Under the pieces are notes generated by a model. That model did no database searches, was not told where the DNA came from, and worked only from the letters and a program-made list of their open reading frames with translations. The position numbers and the translations under genes are program-made. Below are positions 27,235-42,897 of a stretch of DNA of 64,000 bases, piece after piece. The stretch is from positions 806,001 through 870,000 of the forward strand of contig NC_134031.1 of the NCBI RefSeq assembly GCF_964204645.1. Reading direction: 5' to 3'. This DNA comes from Tubulanus polymorphus (lineage: Eukaryota > Animalia > Nemertea). The number at the start of each line of letters is the position of its first letter. The stretch's first letter is position 1.

Positions 27235-30200
27235 GTAAGTCATTTTTTTCTTTAATTGATTTTCAATCATAAAAATTGATTAAAATCTATGATATTTTGT
27301 CAATTGATCTCTACTAGGGCCCAATTTCATATAATGGTTTCCTTCATTAATTCAGTTTGTTCCAAATTGATTTTTCGAGTTAATCCTTCCTGTGAAACTG
27401 GAGTCGTAGGTACCCGGTGTCATAGAATGTAATCCCCACCCCCTATTCATGCCCTCTGACAATAGATCTCAGGAGTAAGGGTTAGGGTCAGTAGCCCCAT
27501 TATGACTCTCCACTTAATTCGTCAATCTATTGTTGGGGGGAGGGGGCATCTGACAGCATGGTTTATCTTTAAATATATCATTTAAAAGATATTAAGATTA
27601 GGTCACCAGGACCCGGTTTCAGGTTCATCTTATCCATGTACTGATACAGTTTTTACAATTATTTTGATTAAGTAAAAAAATATTCCTTATATTGAAAACA
27701 TATATCTGTGAGCTGAACCACTGGGACCCAGAACACAGACATCATAATACACAAAATATTTAAACTATTTATATAAAATAACAACCGAACAGTAGCTGAA
27801 CAGAGCTAGATTATTCTCTTGACTCATGGTCTAATCACTCTCCTCGGAATAATGGTCCAGATAAAGTCATAACTGTTTGATAAATATAATATAATCCAAC
27901 GGATCGAAAAACGCACATTTTCACTTCTAAAATCTGCTTATTCATTTCTTTACATTACGTGCGATTTGAATCAGATAAACCTGATTTCTTTAGGTCGCGA
28001 TTATCATTGCAAACCACAAAGGTTTTTAAGACCAGTTTTACGAGTCAAACTCACAAGGTCAAGGTTAACAAAACCGCTCAATATCTTAACAAAGTTTCAT
28101 ATCAGGTTCAGGATCAAGAGTCAGATCTTAACTCCGAACTATGGAACTGAATCCAGTATCCAGTAACGTGGAACCAGGTCCATAATATTTTTGTCAATAA
28201 TCGCTAATATGAAACTTTTCCTCACGAGATGTTGATGCCAATTCTAGTTCAACTCGGTTACGATATTTACGATATTTCATCTATATTATATAATACACAT
28301 AATGTATGAATCTGCGGTCGCTATATGTTTCCAACCATCGATTTTCAAGCTTATAGGAGTTGTCTACACGTTCGACCCCCTGAAGTCTTATCTTTGATTC
28401 AATATTGATATTCATTCAATGAAATATCACACACGTGATACTGCTTTATCGACAGTAGATATTTCTCAAAATGATTAGTCGTCAGTTCATCGGTAAAGTT
28501 AATTTTTATGACTGGTTATTTTATACGAACGCCTCGTTGACATTTAATGCATCGATCGATTAGAAGTTCTGTATCAGTCTAATTGAGTATATATCAATAG
28601 TAACTATAATACTGAAAACCGATCCGTCATATCAAACTCGAGCGAAGTCGCGTGTTTCATTAGTAATCTGAAATGAAGGATACAAGTGATATTCGAATTC
28701 ATTTTATATTCAAGTTTAAAATCAGATGATAGAATAATGTGAGATGAATGCACGCATGTGACGGCCGTGGCCATTTTGTCCTTCGTCGTGATAAAAATAT
28801 CCCTCATATCTTTACTTTTAGAATTTCTGTAAGTCACGCGAAATGATTCAGTTTGAAATGTAATATTGAGGGATTGATGTAAAACCATTGATGGAACACT
28901 TTGAGTCCGTGTTGTAAATATCATATGAAATCCAATACTAAGTGCGAAGAAATGAGTCCGATAACGCCTCCCTTTAGCTATAGTCAGTGTTCCTGATGAT
29001 GACTATATGACGATATAGTTACTAGCTCGAAAAAACATTTCGAATTTAATTGCTGCATAGAGTGGGATTTTATAAGATCGTTGTATTTTGTAAACCTTGT
29101 TTTAACTGGAAAAGAATCGAAAAAAATATACACTTGAATATTTGTGTAAATTTGATAACATTGAAGTGAATTGAAAATGACGAAGTTGATTTGAAAAGTT
29201 GAATGTTAAACTCAATTTACAGCCGCCAGTTTTATGTGACATATATTTGAAGTCAAGCAGATGAAATATCAACTCCTAAAGGCTTCAAACACAGCACGAT
29301 ATAAACAAACAAATGATTTAAATTTCAAGCCGAGAACTTCATAGAATAGTCGTTTACCCTCCCCTAGACCTCAGGCGAATACACCTGGCATTCACAGTCT
29401 CAATTCTACATAACCATTCTATGCCGTCGTCATTTATGAAGTTGAAACTAAAAGTTACAGGTTACGGCACTCAAGTAGATGATAAAAACCGCATCAAAAT
29501 CTACTTTCCACAAAGTTAATGATCAATATATTCTAAAATGGGAAATATACATATTATGTTCTCATTTCATACCCGGTGGCTGAAAACTATTCAGTAACTT
29601 GTTCGAATTAATGGATACAATTTCAAAGTTCGGCGTAATAACTAATGGACAGATATCCGCGCTAAGTCATTCGTGCAGGAAGGGATGACGGGGTTAGTGA
29701 AATATGATAATATGATTAACTATTAATTACTTAAGAGTGCTTTACAGGACTTTACTTAAAATATCGAATTGTTTTATGAATATTATCTAATATTATTATA
29801 TTATTTAATAATGTATCCGTGTAAGGGATAAATTATCAGATAATCTTGATAATCCTGTGTCAATGTTGTACGATAAAATGCCACAAAACAACTGTATCTT
29901 ATCCTAATAATCGTCTTCAAGAATACAGCATTCTTTGAGCTGATTTTCACTAATTACAAATAACCAGATTATGACATTCATTCATAAGTACATTCGTTTT
30001 CGCGTCAATAATGAGACCTTTCGTAAATTAAAGATCATCAACACTTGAATAATGACATTCTATTTGAAATAGCGCATTATTCGATATGTAATCATCCCCA
30101 ATGGCTTCTTGTCGGTGATCATTGTAGTCTGATGATCTGAGTCGTTTTCACTATAATAAACGTATTGAATACGAATGCGGAACCCGGTATTTATTGAACA

Positions 30201-32649
30201 TAATACAATCGATAAATAGATGAATCAATTGGGTTTTAATTGACTAAAGATCGTTGTTTAGACAACTATTTAAAGACGACGGTATTTATTTCATACTCTG
30301 TTGCGTAATTGATTTATTCTTTTGCGGCGTCTTTTTTATTTCGTATGATTCGTGTTTCGTGACCTTTAAAAAAAGTTCTATATAAAAAGATGGATGTAGA
30401 TGGTGAAAGATTAACCGGTGTCATCGCGGATAGCGGATCGTAGATTAGTCTCGTCGGCGCGTTGTATTTCTGTCCCAGCCTGAAAGTAAGTAACATATTA
30501 AGCCGATGAAGCTGCGACGAATGAAATCCGAGTCAGGAGCGGGTGCGAAACTTGTCATTCGAAACTTCCTTAATCGGCTTAAAATGCGCCGAATAAAAGT
30601 ACGAGGAAGTCGAGAAAATGCTTCCGGGACAATAATGATGTCTAAATAGCGTGCGATGGTTTTGTGTGCGGCGATGAAATTATTGTAAGCAGAAATTCGA
30701 GATCATATTTTTCCGTTTAAGTCTGGCAGCAAAATGACAAACAATACTCGTAAGCTTGTATAGAATGACAGTGATAGAAAAAACGTTACGTAGATTATAA
30801 TAAATTCATGCCGTAATTTCATCGAAGATTAAATCAAACATATTCAGGTATACGACTGATTCCCTGCTGCTTGTAGCACATAGGAAGGACACTAGTTCAC
30901 GTATAAACTAGAAAGTCCATGATTACTACCACTTTTCTTCAGTCTAAAACGATATGGTATAACTTAAGACTGGTGACGGATGGTAGGAGCCCCGCCTGTT
31001 AGTATTTTATATAAATTTTTTCTTAGTCTTTTAGCAATTGTGGGATTTTATTGTTTCGTCACGGATATTGTGATTTTACTGATTAACCATAGGTCATATA
31101 ATTATGTTCCTTCACTAGATGATAGCATAATAAATTTTATAACTCTGTCAGTCGTTAAAGTCTCCTAGGAAAAACAGCCTTCTATTGAAATTCTCGTGTT
31201 CAGCACTGAGCCTCACAGCCGTCATCACGTAACAATAACGTGAACTTTTGTCGTACATGCCACAAACTGCTTTGTACCAGAACGACCCAGTTCCGAACTA
31301 ATACGATAGATCTATAGACTGTGCATGAGTGGTGTGTTTAAGGTTTAAGTGCCGTCTTGACCTGATCATGATCGCACAAACTGCGGTCACCTAAAATGAT
31401 AATCGCGATGTTGCTAGATGCCACGACCAACAAAAGCGAGCAGAAAAGCCGGAACTTTTGAAAATGATTTATAGATTTCTAAAACTTTGAATATAGTTAT
31501 ATCCGAAGCACGGTTTGAAAACACGGGCTTTACATATATGGAAAATCTTAAACAGGTTACAAAACTGAAATAGTCAGTAATGGATTGACTTTGATGAGAT
31601 TACGATCGATTTGAAGAATCTAAATTTTACTTCATTAAACCTGTTCTGACATTTCCGATTTAACGCCTTAATTCTGACATTTCCCTCGCAGACTTAACCG
31701 GCAGCATCAACACGCGGTAAAACAAAGATACACGAGGTATAACACCCCCTTAAAGGCCTCAAATCCTTTTCATTGACAAACTTTTGAGAAATGGCCGCGA
31801 GGATTCATTACTCAACGACTTATTGTGAATTGAACGTCACCGTACGGTTGATGTATTGATGTACATAATTGACATTAAGCTTTAAACTGTATAAAGATTG
31901 ATTTGATGTGACACGGCCTCGAGGCAAATTTACTCAACTTTTTGTTTTTAATTTAAGTTATAGTTTAAATGCCTTCAGTATCGATGAAAAATATGTCAGT
32001 AACCTTGGTTACCGACAGATAACAGATAAGCGGCTCGATATGTCAAAAAGAAGAAGGCGCCACAATTCGGGATTGAACATTGAGAGGTCGAATGAAATTC
32101 TCTTTGTGTATCGTTGAAATTGTATATCAAGGTTGGAATGAGTCTAAGATCTGGACTCAGTTCCACAGCTTTTAACAGACGAATTAATATCATTTCGTTT
32201 TCAATGAGTTTCGAAATTAGTTCAATTTCAGTGTTTGACTTAAATCTTAATGTGGAACTGTGGAACCGTGTCCTGTGCAATCCCTAGCAACCCCTGGGTT
32301 AAAACCAGAGGAAAAACTTCCCAATTCATCAAGAACGTAGGTTGGAATTTCCCACTTTGAGACGCAAATAGATTAAATTCTAAGTTTAACTCTCGTATTT
32401 CACTGTATTATATAAGAATATCATGAGCATTCGAGCTATTGTAAAAGTTTTTATCGAAAAATATTTCAAATCAAAATACTAAAAATTATCGCCGAGCTCA
32501 AATATGTCACACATTTTTACCCCTTTATGAATCTCAACGGAGCCAATTATTCGTTTAATCGTGAAAGTTACTGCTGCCTAGGGATTTCAATATAATCAAA
32601 CTCGTTTAGTTATATCCGTATGAAATTCAAAATCAGATGGTTTGTAGCC

Positions 32650-32782
32650 GTAGACATAACGTGGGCTGAAGTCGACAAAACGTGGGCTGGAGTCGACAAA
32701 ACGTGGGCTGAAGTCGACATAACGTAGGCTGAAGTCAACAAAACGTGGGCTGAAGTCGAGAACAACGTGGGCTGAAGTCGAC
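32650..32782. repeat. About 21-bp tandem repeat (aacgtgggctgaagtcgacaa)
   Basis: Direct inspection. Confidence 0.85.
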
Positions 32783-33124
32783 TGACCAGTAGATACATTA
32801 CACGTGGGCGACGCCCAATTCTGTTAAGTTTCTATCACGTGACTGCGTTCATTATTCAATCCTATCCGTCCTTCTCGAATATCGCCGACACATATGTAAT
32901 CTGGGAAGATTTTCACACAGACTACACGGAAATGTAATCCCTCGTATTTGAAGAGTGGTTTCCTCTTCCTGTCGACGATGAATGATATATATATACCGGT
33001 ATGTATATGTGATCTGACGATGAAATATTATCCGATATATGAGGTCGGTTGTCGGTGCATACCGCAGAGACATAGAAAATATCAAGCCTTTCATCCCGTC
33101 TCGTCACTGAACAGCTTAAACCAG

Positions 33125-33405
33125 CATCCAGTTCCTCGGTAGTGGACCCAGTTCCTCGGTACCGGACCCAGTTCCACGGTACCGGCCCCAGTTCCTCGGT
33201 ACCGGACCCAGTTCCACAGTACCGGCCCCAGTTCCTCAATACCGGCCCCAGTTCCTTAGTGTACCGGACCCAGTTCCACAGTTCTGCAATCAATTCCACG
33301 GTTTTGGACCAAATTCCATGGTTTTGGACCCAATTCCACGGTTTTGGACCCAGTTCCAAAGTTCAGGACGCAGTTCCACGTTTTTTGACCCATTTCCACT
33401 GTTCC
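33125..33405. repeat. 20-bp tandem repeat (ggacccagttccacggtacc)
   Basis: Direct inspection. The unit contains the MITE terminal motif. Confidence 0.85.
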
Positions 33406-33856
33406 AAATTCTATGAATACGCGCTGAAATCACGTTGGTTTTTTTTCAAATGCAGGTGATTTCAAACTTAAAATGATTTTTATATCGACGTTTCTTAAAC
33501 CGTTATATTCGGTATTCATTTTAAGTAGCTTCAGTTCCCGCAGCTATTTGACTATTTGTTACCGGCGTCAATTACTGATTGTACCAACTCTGTCTATAAT
33601 TCGCTTACATATAAATATTTTATATGAATCGTTTTAAAAACTGTTTGATTCTATTTTAAGGTCAAGTAGACCATTATTGGTGTAAAGTTATTGCTTTTCT
33701 ATATTTAAAGATGATGTAAATATTTGTGTAGTTGACACGAATCAATAAATGACCAATTTTTGAATTATTTCACTAAAACGCTTGTATCGTGACGTAACAC
33801 GCCCGCGTTTTTGTAGAATAAACAGATTCCAAAATGTCTCCTTCGGCTTAAGAATA

Positions 33857-33970
33857 ATTCGTCATTTTGACTATATTCTAGCCATCTTCGGCAATACTTA
33901 AAGATGTATCGCAGAAGATGATTATTAGAATATAGTCGAAACGTCGAATAGATATTAGCTCGAGGAAACA
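33857..33970. mobile_element. Degenerate copy of the hammerhead-bearing palindromic element
   Basis: Left arm tttgactatattcta.ccatcttc. Right arm cagaagatgattattagaatatagtcgaaacGTCgaata. Confidence 0.6.
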
Positions 33971-35689
33971 TGACGTCATCAATGGTGCCATTGTCACGTG
34001 ATTTGGTTACATTTCTATAAACAGAAATAAATACATACGACAAACTCTCGTCTGCGCTTGTAATTACTTATCAATATTCTCGGCGCGATAATTACTAATA
34101 TAGCTATACATATAGAGTTTTTATTGTTATTGATCGGTCAGTGATGATATTTGCGCCGTCTGCGAGTCCATCATAGGCGTCTCTTCTCCGCCATAAACCT
34201 CGGTACATTAGGGGCATTAGGGGCCGTAGAGAACTGATAAAATTAGCGACGGCTAACGTCGAATGGTTGTTTTATACGCGCATTAACGGCGGTTATAAAG
34301 GACACGGGATATCTCAATCGAAATCATTCGTATCATGTATTAGGTAGTTATATATCGGCTCTTGCTGAGACTCACACGTAATAAACTAGGTGAACCCTGA
34401 TACAAAACAACACGAATGTCGACAATAGACGCAATATAACACGCGTAAATCAATTATCGAATATTGTAACTGAATAAAATGACACTTTATATTTTGCTTT
34501 TGAAAAATAAACAATGAGGACTAGACGTTTGTTTGTGTGGCAACTGAGGATTTCGCCTGTGGCAAGCGAGAATCCACCAGTGTCGCTAGTATGCGAGTAG
34601 CGTTTTTCAGAACTAGGCCAAGCGCGCACAAATAAACCCAAACAAACAGCTTTTTATCCAATTTATCAAAGACGCTCCCGAAGTTTTTTTTTGTCGATGT
34701 GTATTTGTATGTGCGTCGATATATGCTTAAATCATCTGCTGATATCAACCGCATTCATTATTGTAATATTCATAACTTTTGTTTTGTTCATGAGCTGTTA
34801 GCAAATGTAGCAACATAACATATTCTCTATTCTATTCAATGATTATTCTATACTACGCGCCTAGTCATATTATCAAGCGTGCACAAAATTACCCAACTAA
34901 TGATTGATAAAGATTAACAGTAGCTTCAACAACGAACCCAATTTATCAAAACCGTTTAACTATTTGTTGATTATCCGCTTATGCGAACCGAATTAATTCT
35001 TGTAATTTCTATAATTTTTTGATGTTTCTGTTTTTGGTCTTTAAACAACTGCATTTTTGTCGAGCAACAAAACATACTCTATTCTATTCTCAATTCTCAA
35101 AATAGTGTAAAACTCGATGACGTTTAGCTCTCAGCTTCTCTGATATTTCTATATCACATGCAATCGATCTAAACCGTCAACATTATGACAATAACGATGA
35201 TACAGTCGGTTCTGTATCGATTAATGAAGTAACGTCGCTTCCTGTTCACACGTCACAAGGTGTCGCTAGTGTATATCGAGTGATGGTTTCCTGTATTATT
35301 ATACGCGCTGAACCGGAAACAGCCATCAACAATCGGAGAGGACTGCCGTTACACTTAACTTCACAATATAAACCGTATCCATTCACTTCAATTTCACGCA
35401 ATACAACGTTACAGGTTTAATAGACGTCGTATCAATAAAACAATATCGCTGTCACAATCAGTGCAAAGTAGGATTTTGTAAATTAATCAAAATTGAAACC
35501 ATCAAATATTCGGCTGTTGTCAAACAGCAATCATCAGGAGAATGACAAGAAAACTTACAAAGTCTTTTTTGTTGTTTTGTGTTTGGCTTTTACGTCGCTT
35601 GGATCTTGGTTTCTCGGGACTAACCCTATTGGATTATTCATTTAACTTCACGACGGGACCACAGCCTCTGAAGTGTTGCCCGCACGCTG

Positions 35690-35764
35690 TAAGCAGCCAG
35701 CAGGACTCGAACCCACTTGCTACTCAGCACGGATGCAACAGTATCTTTACTGAGCTACTCAGGC
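35690..35764 (-). mobile_element. tRNA-derived SINE-like head
   Basis: Minus strand has an A-box-like tagctcagt and a B-box ggttcgagtcc, but no complete cloverleaf. Confidence 0.45.
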
Positions 35765-38700
35765 CGATAATTTATTTCTCGTCAAGGCACAGCTGGATGG
35801 GGAACAAGTTAAACATGTATACGAGTATTTTTTTTCGACTTGACAGTGTTTTTTATTTTTCATTTTTACTCCAAAATACAAATCTAGACACGACGAATCA
35901 TGAGGATATCTTGATTTTCATTTTTCTTACGTGAACTTCACTCAGTCCTGCGCAGTGTGGCTGTCTCCACAGAGATCTCCGTTGCTCTACGATCCTAGTG
36001 TACCCACCATGTGGTACATCAGACACCAAAGGTTCTTGGTGAAACGTGAACTAAATCCCACCAATCAGAGAACCAGAGAAGGGATCGTTCTTCTTCCCTG
36101 AGAATTCATCTGTCACAGATCCAAACATTTTTGGAAACGATTTCCTGTCTTCTGCACATGATCCTCACGGCGGGCAATTCTTCATATCGAAGTTTATGAT
36201 ATTGTTTTAACGGCGATCCCTGAAATCGATATGAATAGCTAGTCGGTCACAGCACCAGGCAATCCTGTTGAATGATTGATGAAATGTCTTCTGCTATTCG
36301 ACCTTTCTATTCATTAGTTCGATGGATATCGGATTCCATTCGAACAATTATGGGATTGGAAATGAACTTTAAGACTGATAATCCTCCGCGATTAACTAGT
36401 AATAGACGAACATTAAAACATGAAGGGTATCGTATTTTCCGGAATCTAAAATCGTATTCGAGTCTCAGAGACCGATCGGGCCTGGCGTCCGCACAAGTGA
36501 TTAATAAGCTTATTACGGAGAAATCTCTTCAGAGCGAATAATGCATTCTTTTTGAGAGTCTTTTGACGAACTTTCGGCTTCTTATTTCAAAACTTACGAG
36601 CTAACTGCGGACTTGCGTGGTTAGAGATATTAATATCGTGGACAAAAGTGATCTTCAGCTTTGATCGGAAGGATTTTTAAGTAAAATGAATTTCTTTACT
36701 AAAGATTTCTTTATGGTTTCCCTACAAGGCTTTCAGCGCGTTTACAAGGAGAGACTGCGACGTAACCGAATCATTCGCCGTGATTTCAACTCGACTCGAA
36801 TGAAACAATTAAATTACAAAGAAACAACAGAATCAGAACGAGTTGTTTTCAGATGAAAGACAGACTTTGATTGAAACGGTAGAAAACAGTGAGAGTGATT
36901 GAGATGAGGAGATTGAGTTGACTCTGTCGATTGATCCGCGATCCTTCCAACCATCCTTACTCCTATTCACCAATTCATCCCTATTATCCGCGCTGTGAGA
37001 CTGGATACAGCGAGAGATGATGGATTTAATCCGAAATGAGTAAACGTCGCAACGAATCGGTCTTTGATCTGATAATAGTGATCCAATCAACCACTGGTTA
37101 GAGGGGGGGGGGGGGGGGGGTGGACGGGGGCCGATGGCAAACAATATGAAAGAGCAGGAATATCCTTCCCTACTTTTCGTATAAAAGTGCCGGCAGCCTT
37201 TCGGGGAAAAGGAATGCATTCACTTTAGAGTCACATGACCGGTAGAGGTCGGAATTTGTCTATATCCATGGTTGTCAACTGCACCGGGTAAAATCTGTTA
37301 GGAGATTGGTGGACAGTGTGTGGTTTAAACAATGAGAATTCCCACACAAAAGAACCGTTCTCTTGAACTCTACCCCACGTTATAGAATCGCGTAGCGATG
37401 TCCGTCGGTCCAGAATAGTCGACCTCGTTCCAGAGAATGTCGTAGACAAATTCGATAATCAACCCAGACATTTAGTTGCGTTCAATGCGTTTTAATCTTT
37501 CATTCGATGAATGTTGATGCTTCAAGGACGCGTTTTAGACATCTGGGAGATGGAGAACACAAAAGAGGATGGCTCCGTTTTAATTCAATTAACTATCGTC
37601 GGAAAGCGAATCCAGATACGGCAGTTAAACTGAAGGTCGTCGGTTCGTCTCTCGCTCTTATTCTGTGCCGTAACGATGATTTACACCTCATCTCATATTT
37701 TTACCATAAAACTAGTGTAGAATATGAAGAAACATTTCGGGACTTTTTAAATCTTAGTGTGGTATTTCATATTATCATGTCTGAGTGGGGGGGGGGGGGG
37801 GGGAGAGAGCTTTGTGTTTTATTGTATATCGTGAACAACATCGTCATGTCAAATTATTTCTCTCATATATCAATTATGCGGTAATATCTGTGTATGCAGG
37901 GTTTACAATATTCGTGGCCGCATAACATTCACCTATACAATACGTATCACCGAGTTGGAAAACAGCATGTCGAACGACCTGCCTCAAAAACCTGCTGTTT
38001 ACAGAAATAAATGAAAAATACTTGACGCCTTCACTTAGAACTTCTTTTATATGATATTAATTGAATGAAATAGTTTCATTTGAATTGATGACGTTTTATC
38101 TAAATGATGACTTGCACTTAGTGGATTGATTTGGAAATACAAAATATACGGGGAACTAGAGACGAACTCAGTTAGTGATGTCACTAGATTGACTGTATTC
38201 ATTTACGTATTGCAAAAATATCACGTGTTATGCTGAAGTTTATTTTTTTTGTATCCATTCTGGTTCATTTCGTATTCTCGTCGCCTCGTGGTTCCAGGCG
38301 ACACAAGAACAAAAAAACTCTGAGCTAAGTTAAAACCACCGCTGGGCTCGAGAGTTGTTGCTGCTGCTGCTTCTGCTGCTGGCTGATGCTGCTTTGAGTC
38401 TCTGGAGGGTTTATGAAACACCCCACGATACCGAAAATCAATGCATTTCCATCTATTTGAAAGCGGCGGTGGCGGCGGTGATGATATTTCACAGTTTCAA
38501 TTAAAACGCCCAAAACGCGCACCTGTTACAACACACACATATATACCTATAGATACCGGGACCATCTCTTCAGCTTAAAGCGGATATGACGTAGCACGTT
38601 TATAACTGTACCGTTCTTTCGAAAATAACCATATGAAAAAATATCGGCACTAGAAAATATATATTTGAGTTATCCACCTGATATCGATCGGGTTTTATTT

Positions 38701-39794
38701 GATATTGCTCTAATGGAAAATCCGTTACTGCTATTTTGAATATTTACCGCGCGATGTTGTATCGGATTTCACACGTAAAGCCGTTTGAAATCGCGGCTTC
38801 TGCGTTAAATGCGTATTGTTAAAATGCATACCGTCAGATTTAATTTTAACATTTTTTCGACTTTTGATATTTTAGTCGCCTGTGGCATGTGAGAGATTGA
38901 GAACAATAAGAGCTATTAGTCGTTACACCCTCTGGTATTAAACGTGGTATATGAAATTATCTGTTTCGATCAGTATTCTGATTCAGTTGTCTGAGCCCTT
39001 CAGATATTTCACTTCTAAATCGACATTTCCTTTGAGCGGAGACAAAACACTAAGCATCAGGGATCGGTTCAATCATCAGCAGTTAAGTCAACTGTAGTCA
39101 GACTGAGATCGGTTTCATGAACAAGTTCAAGCTTAAACCGGTTGTTAAGTTTGAATTGTTGTCCTCATCGAAAGCATGAAACGACATAAAATGAGTTCAT
39201 CCTGTTTCGTGAGACTGGATCCTGGTTTCAGCGCCTGCACTGTTGGAGTCATAATGAAACGGTGATACTGGTTTCCCGTCCCCAGAATAACGGCCATTTT
39301 GTCGTCCAGTAAGACGCCCTTACATATTTGTGCATATAAATAGTGCAGACTGTTGTCAACAAATTTCAATTAATATATTTTTGCTTCTCTACCGTTCATT
39401 AAATTATCGCCGTCTCTACGAAATTGACCGCGAAAGAATTTGTAACTGCGCTCTTTCGAATGACCAACTTTCCGAGCTTTGTTATTCATTTTCACAAACC
39501 GGTTTGTGAACCGCGCCGCCGCCAGCTCAGTGTATATGAGAATAACAACTTTATAATGCGGTGAATGTTGTGATGCGTCTATGATGTTACAACGAGGGAT
39601 TTCATAGCGTCGCTACTGGTCAGGAAAAATAGGATTTGACTGTCAAATAAAAGTGAGAATTTATGGTTGATGCACATTATCCGATTTATGTTGCCGTTAT
39701 TGAAAAAAATATTTATGTGGCATTCTGCTCCGCGATACCAATAAAAATGTATATTCAAGTGGCGGTGCTTGGCTGCCTCGATTTACAAAATTAC

Positions 39795-39867
39795 TGCCGA
39801 AACCCGGGATCGAACCAGGGACCTTTAGATCTTCAGTCTAACGCTCTCCCAACTGAGCTATTTCGGC
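39795..39867 (-). tRNA. tRNA-Phe (GAA), identical to the copy at 15428
   Basis: Same 73-nt sequence with a TTTT terminator downstream on the minus strand. Confidence 0.97.
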
Positions 39868-41282
39868 TGGTTGAACACTTTTCTTCATATCGTTTCATAA
39901 TTCGCATGCGACGTGATATTGAGATTGTTATTAATGTCAGGTTTTCACACGCATCATAAAATCCCAATCTTCCTTAAGATGTGTATCGCTGTTAACTTCC
40001 TTAGGAAAACAATCAAAACGTCTCTTTATGACAGGACACCCCGGGCTTTACCTACAACACTGTCTATTTGATTACTGATCACTGATTGGTTCGTTTGAAC
40101 TGAAAACCGTTATTGCTAATTGGATATTGATACAACTAGACTCAGTTCCACGATACATTGCTAGAAAATAATAATTCATGCTGAAATAGTTCGTGGATAT
40201 AACCTTAAAGAACTCGGTTCATGTCCTTGCGACGTACTTGCTCGTTTCTCGTTCAATATGGCCCCCAGGCAGCTATATATTTACTTTTATTGGAATCTGT
40301 TTGTGCTCAAGAATCGCGACGACTTAATCCGGTTAGGATTAACGTATCTCAGCGGATTAATCGTAACGTCTGAAATACGTGAGGTGCGGTTAATGTCAGC
40401 AGTATGGCTGAGCTACTGTAACTGTACGGTTTAAACACAGACTAACCCGTCCATGCGATTCAGCAGTTGCGGTGATGTTTTTATCAAGTGGTCAATAAGA
40501 GTTAGCCATACTCCGCTGTATTATAGCTATAATAATCCTTCACGATGTCAGATTGTGTTCTCTACATCGAGACTTTATATAACATAAAGGCAGAGACTCA
40601 TTACGAAGATTAGTGTAGTGAGAGCGAGCGAGAGACTGAACGCGGTTTTTCCAATCCAGGGTTCGTACATTAATACATCCAGGAACCTGGCTGCTAGGAG
40701 CAATACGGCTGGGATTGGCCCTTCGTATTTAGCACGTAACATATTATTTGATCGGTTCTGGGGAAAATTAGATTTTACGATCAAATATCATGAACAACCG
40801 GTCAAATTCAGTGAGAATGTCAAAATGTGTTTTCTGCAATAAGTGTAAGTCGTCATTTCGATAAGTCGTCAACAGAATGAGTGGAAACCGCTCCACACTA
40901 GGTGGCGCTCAGCGTTGGAAGGATGAAGAAAATATTCATCAATTTGCTCTCGATAATGGACATAAAACGACCCTTATATTCATCTACCGTACGACCAGAA
41001 GTGTGAATGAACTCTGTGAAATAAAACGCTCAGGTTTAGTTATAGTTTGAAGAACGTGTAGAGATAGAACCTGAAGTATAAATAAAACAGGTGAAGTAGC
41101 TGAGGCAATGGTCGGGATATGAAACACTCTCTCCGTCTCTCGCTACTCACTGTGTTTGAATAGGACGGTTACCCTATACGTTAATGTCAATCGATAATAT
41201 CGCGTTGAAAATTGAGTTCCTGTAAAAAGTGTCGTTTTTTGTGTGTGTGATTATGAGACTAATGTGTTGATACATCTACTCG

Positions 41283-41627
41283 AGGGAGAGAGAAGGCAGA
41301 GATGGGGAGAGAGATGGGAGAGAGAGGAGAGAGGAGAGATGAGGTGGTGAGAGGAGAGGGAGGAGAGAGGAGAGAGGAGAGAGGAGGGAGGAGAGAGGAG
41401 AAAGGAGAGAGGAGAGAGGAGGTGGTGAGAGGAGAGAGGAGAGAGGAGAGAGAGAGGAGGAGAGAGGAGAGAGAATGGAGGAGAGAGGAGGTGGTGAGAG
41501 GAGGGGAGAGGAGAGGGAGGAGAGAGGAGAGAGTAGAGAGGAGGTGGTGAGAGGAGAGAGGGGAGGAGAGAGAGGGAGAGAGGAGAGAGGAGAGAGAGAG
41601 GGAGAGAGGAGGTGGTGAGAGGAGGAG
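41283..41627. repeat. GA-rich low-complexity tract
   Basis: Direct inspection. Confidence 0.9.
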
Positions 41628-42522
41628 AAACGATAGGTATAGCACATCATATTACCATCCGATCGAACACTATACGGTTTCTTTAAATCATACAAACATT
41701 TGATACAACATTTACTGCCGCGATTTCTGTAGACTGTTTCAGTCTTAGTTCAAGTACCAGTTTCATAAAGAGTCCAGTCTCAGTTCATATGACTCGTTTA
41801 TAAAGTCGCGACTAACATCAAAATGTGGTCATTGCATAAGTTTATACATAGTCTATCGATAGAACTAAGATCGTACTAGACAACTTAAACCTCAACCGTT
41901 TAAATGGCCGAAACTGAGCCACAATTTCACAGTGTGGCTGTAGTTCAGATATCGAATCTTCAAACTGGTCCGGGCTGTTTGAACCAAGATGAACGTAGAT
42001 TGGTCTAAATGTAAGCCATCACCGAATACAATCCCCAGGCCTCTCCCTCAGAACCCCGGTCCACAAACCACACCTGACCCGTGGGATTAACTGGTAATTC
42101 GTGCTACGAAAGAACACGATATCCATCAATCGTGCTTGTCAATATCTACAGACATATCACCTAGACATCTCAGCAACGTTAGTTAATTAAATTTGAATAA
42201 TTAATATTCGACAAGAGAAGATGATGATCTGTGATCCCGTGACACCCGACGATAAACCGGAGCCTTCCGCTTTCATATCATCAATTTATCATCGAGTCTA
42301 TATTAAACGGGCTACCCGTCCAGGTCCTGTTATGAATCATCGTTAATGTCATTTTACCCATTAAAGATTTATTCATAATTATTGCAAACCATATTCGAGC
42401 GCCAGCAACAGCAACCGCAACAGCAGCGGCAGCAGCATCGAGTGGAGAGCGCTCATGACCCTTTAACCACCGCGGGAGTAATTATACCATTTATCTTACA
42501 CAAAGAAACGTACACAGTTATA

Positions 42523-42897
42523 CAGTGAAACCTCGTTACAACGAACTTCAGGAGACCAGAAAATCTGTTGATTATAACTGATAGTTCTATATACAGCGGA
42601 ACCTCGTTACAACGAACTTCAGGAGACCAGAAAATCTGTTAATTATAACTGATAGTTCTATATACAGTGGAAACTCGTTACAACGAACTTCAGGAGACCA
42701 GAAAATCTGTTCATTATAACCGACAGTTCTATATACAGTGGAAACTCGTTACAGCGAACATTATGAGTCCAGAAAAATCTTCGTTTGTTTATATCCAGGA
42801 TACTATTATCAAAATTGTCCTATTTGGGGCAAAATTCTAGGTTTGTGATAACCAGATAAATTGTTATAGCTAAGGTCGTTATAACGAGGTTCCGCCG
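42523..42897. mobile_element. Tc1/mariner-pogo-type MITE with its left end amplified as 4 x 71 bp
   Basis: TA-cagtgaaacctcgttacaacg at 42521, 42592, 42663 and 42734. Inverted end cgttataacgaggttccgccg-TA at about 42877-42899. Confidence 0.75.
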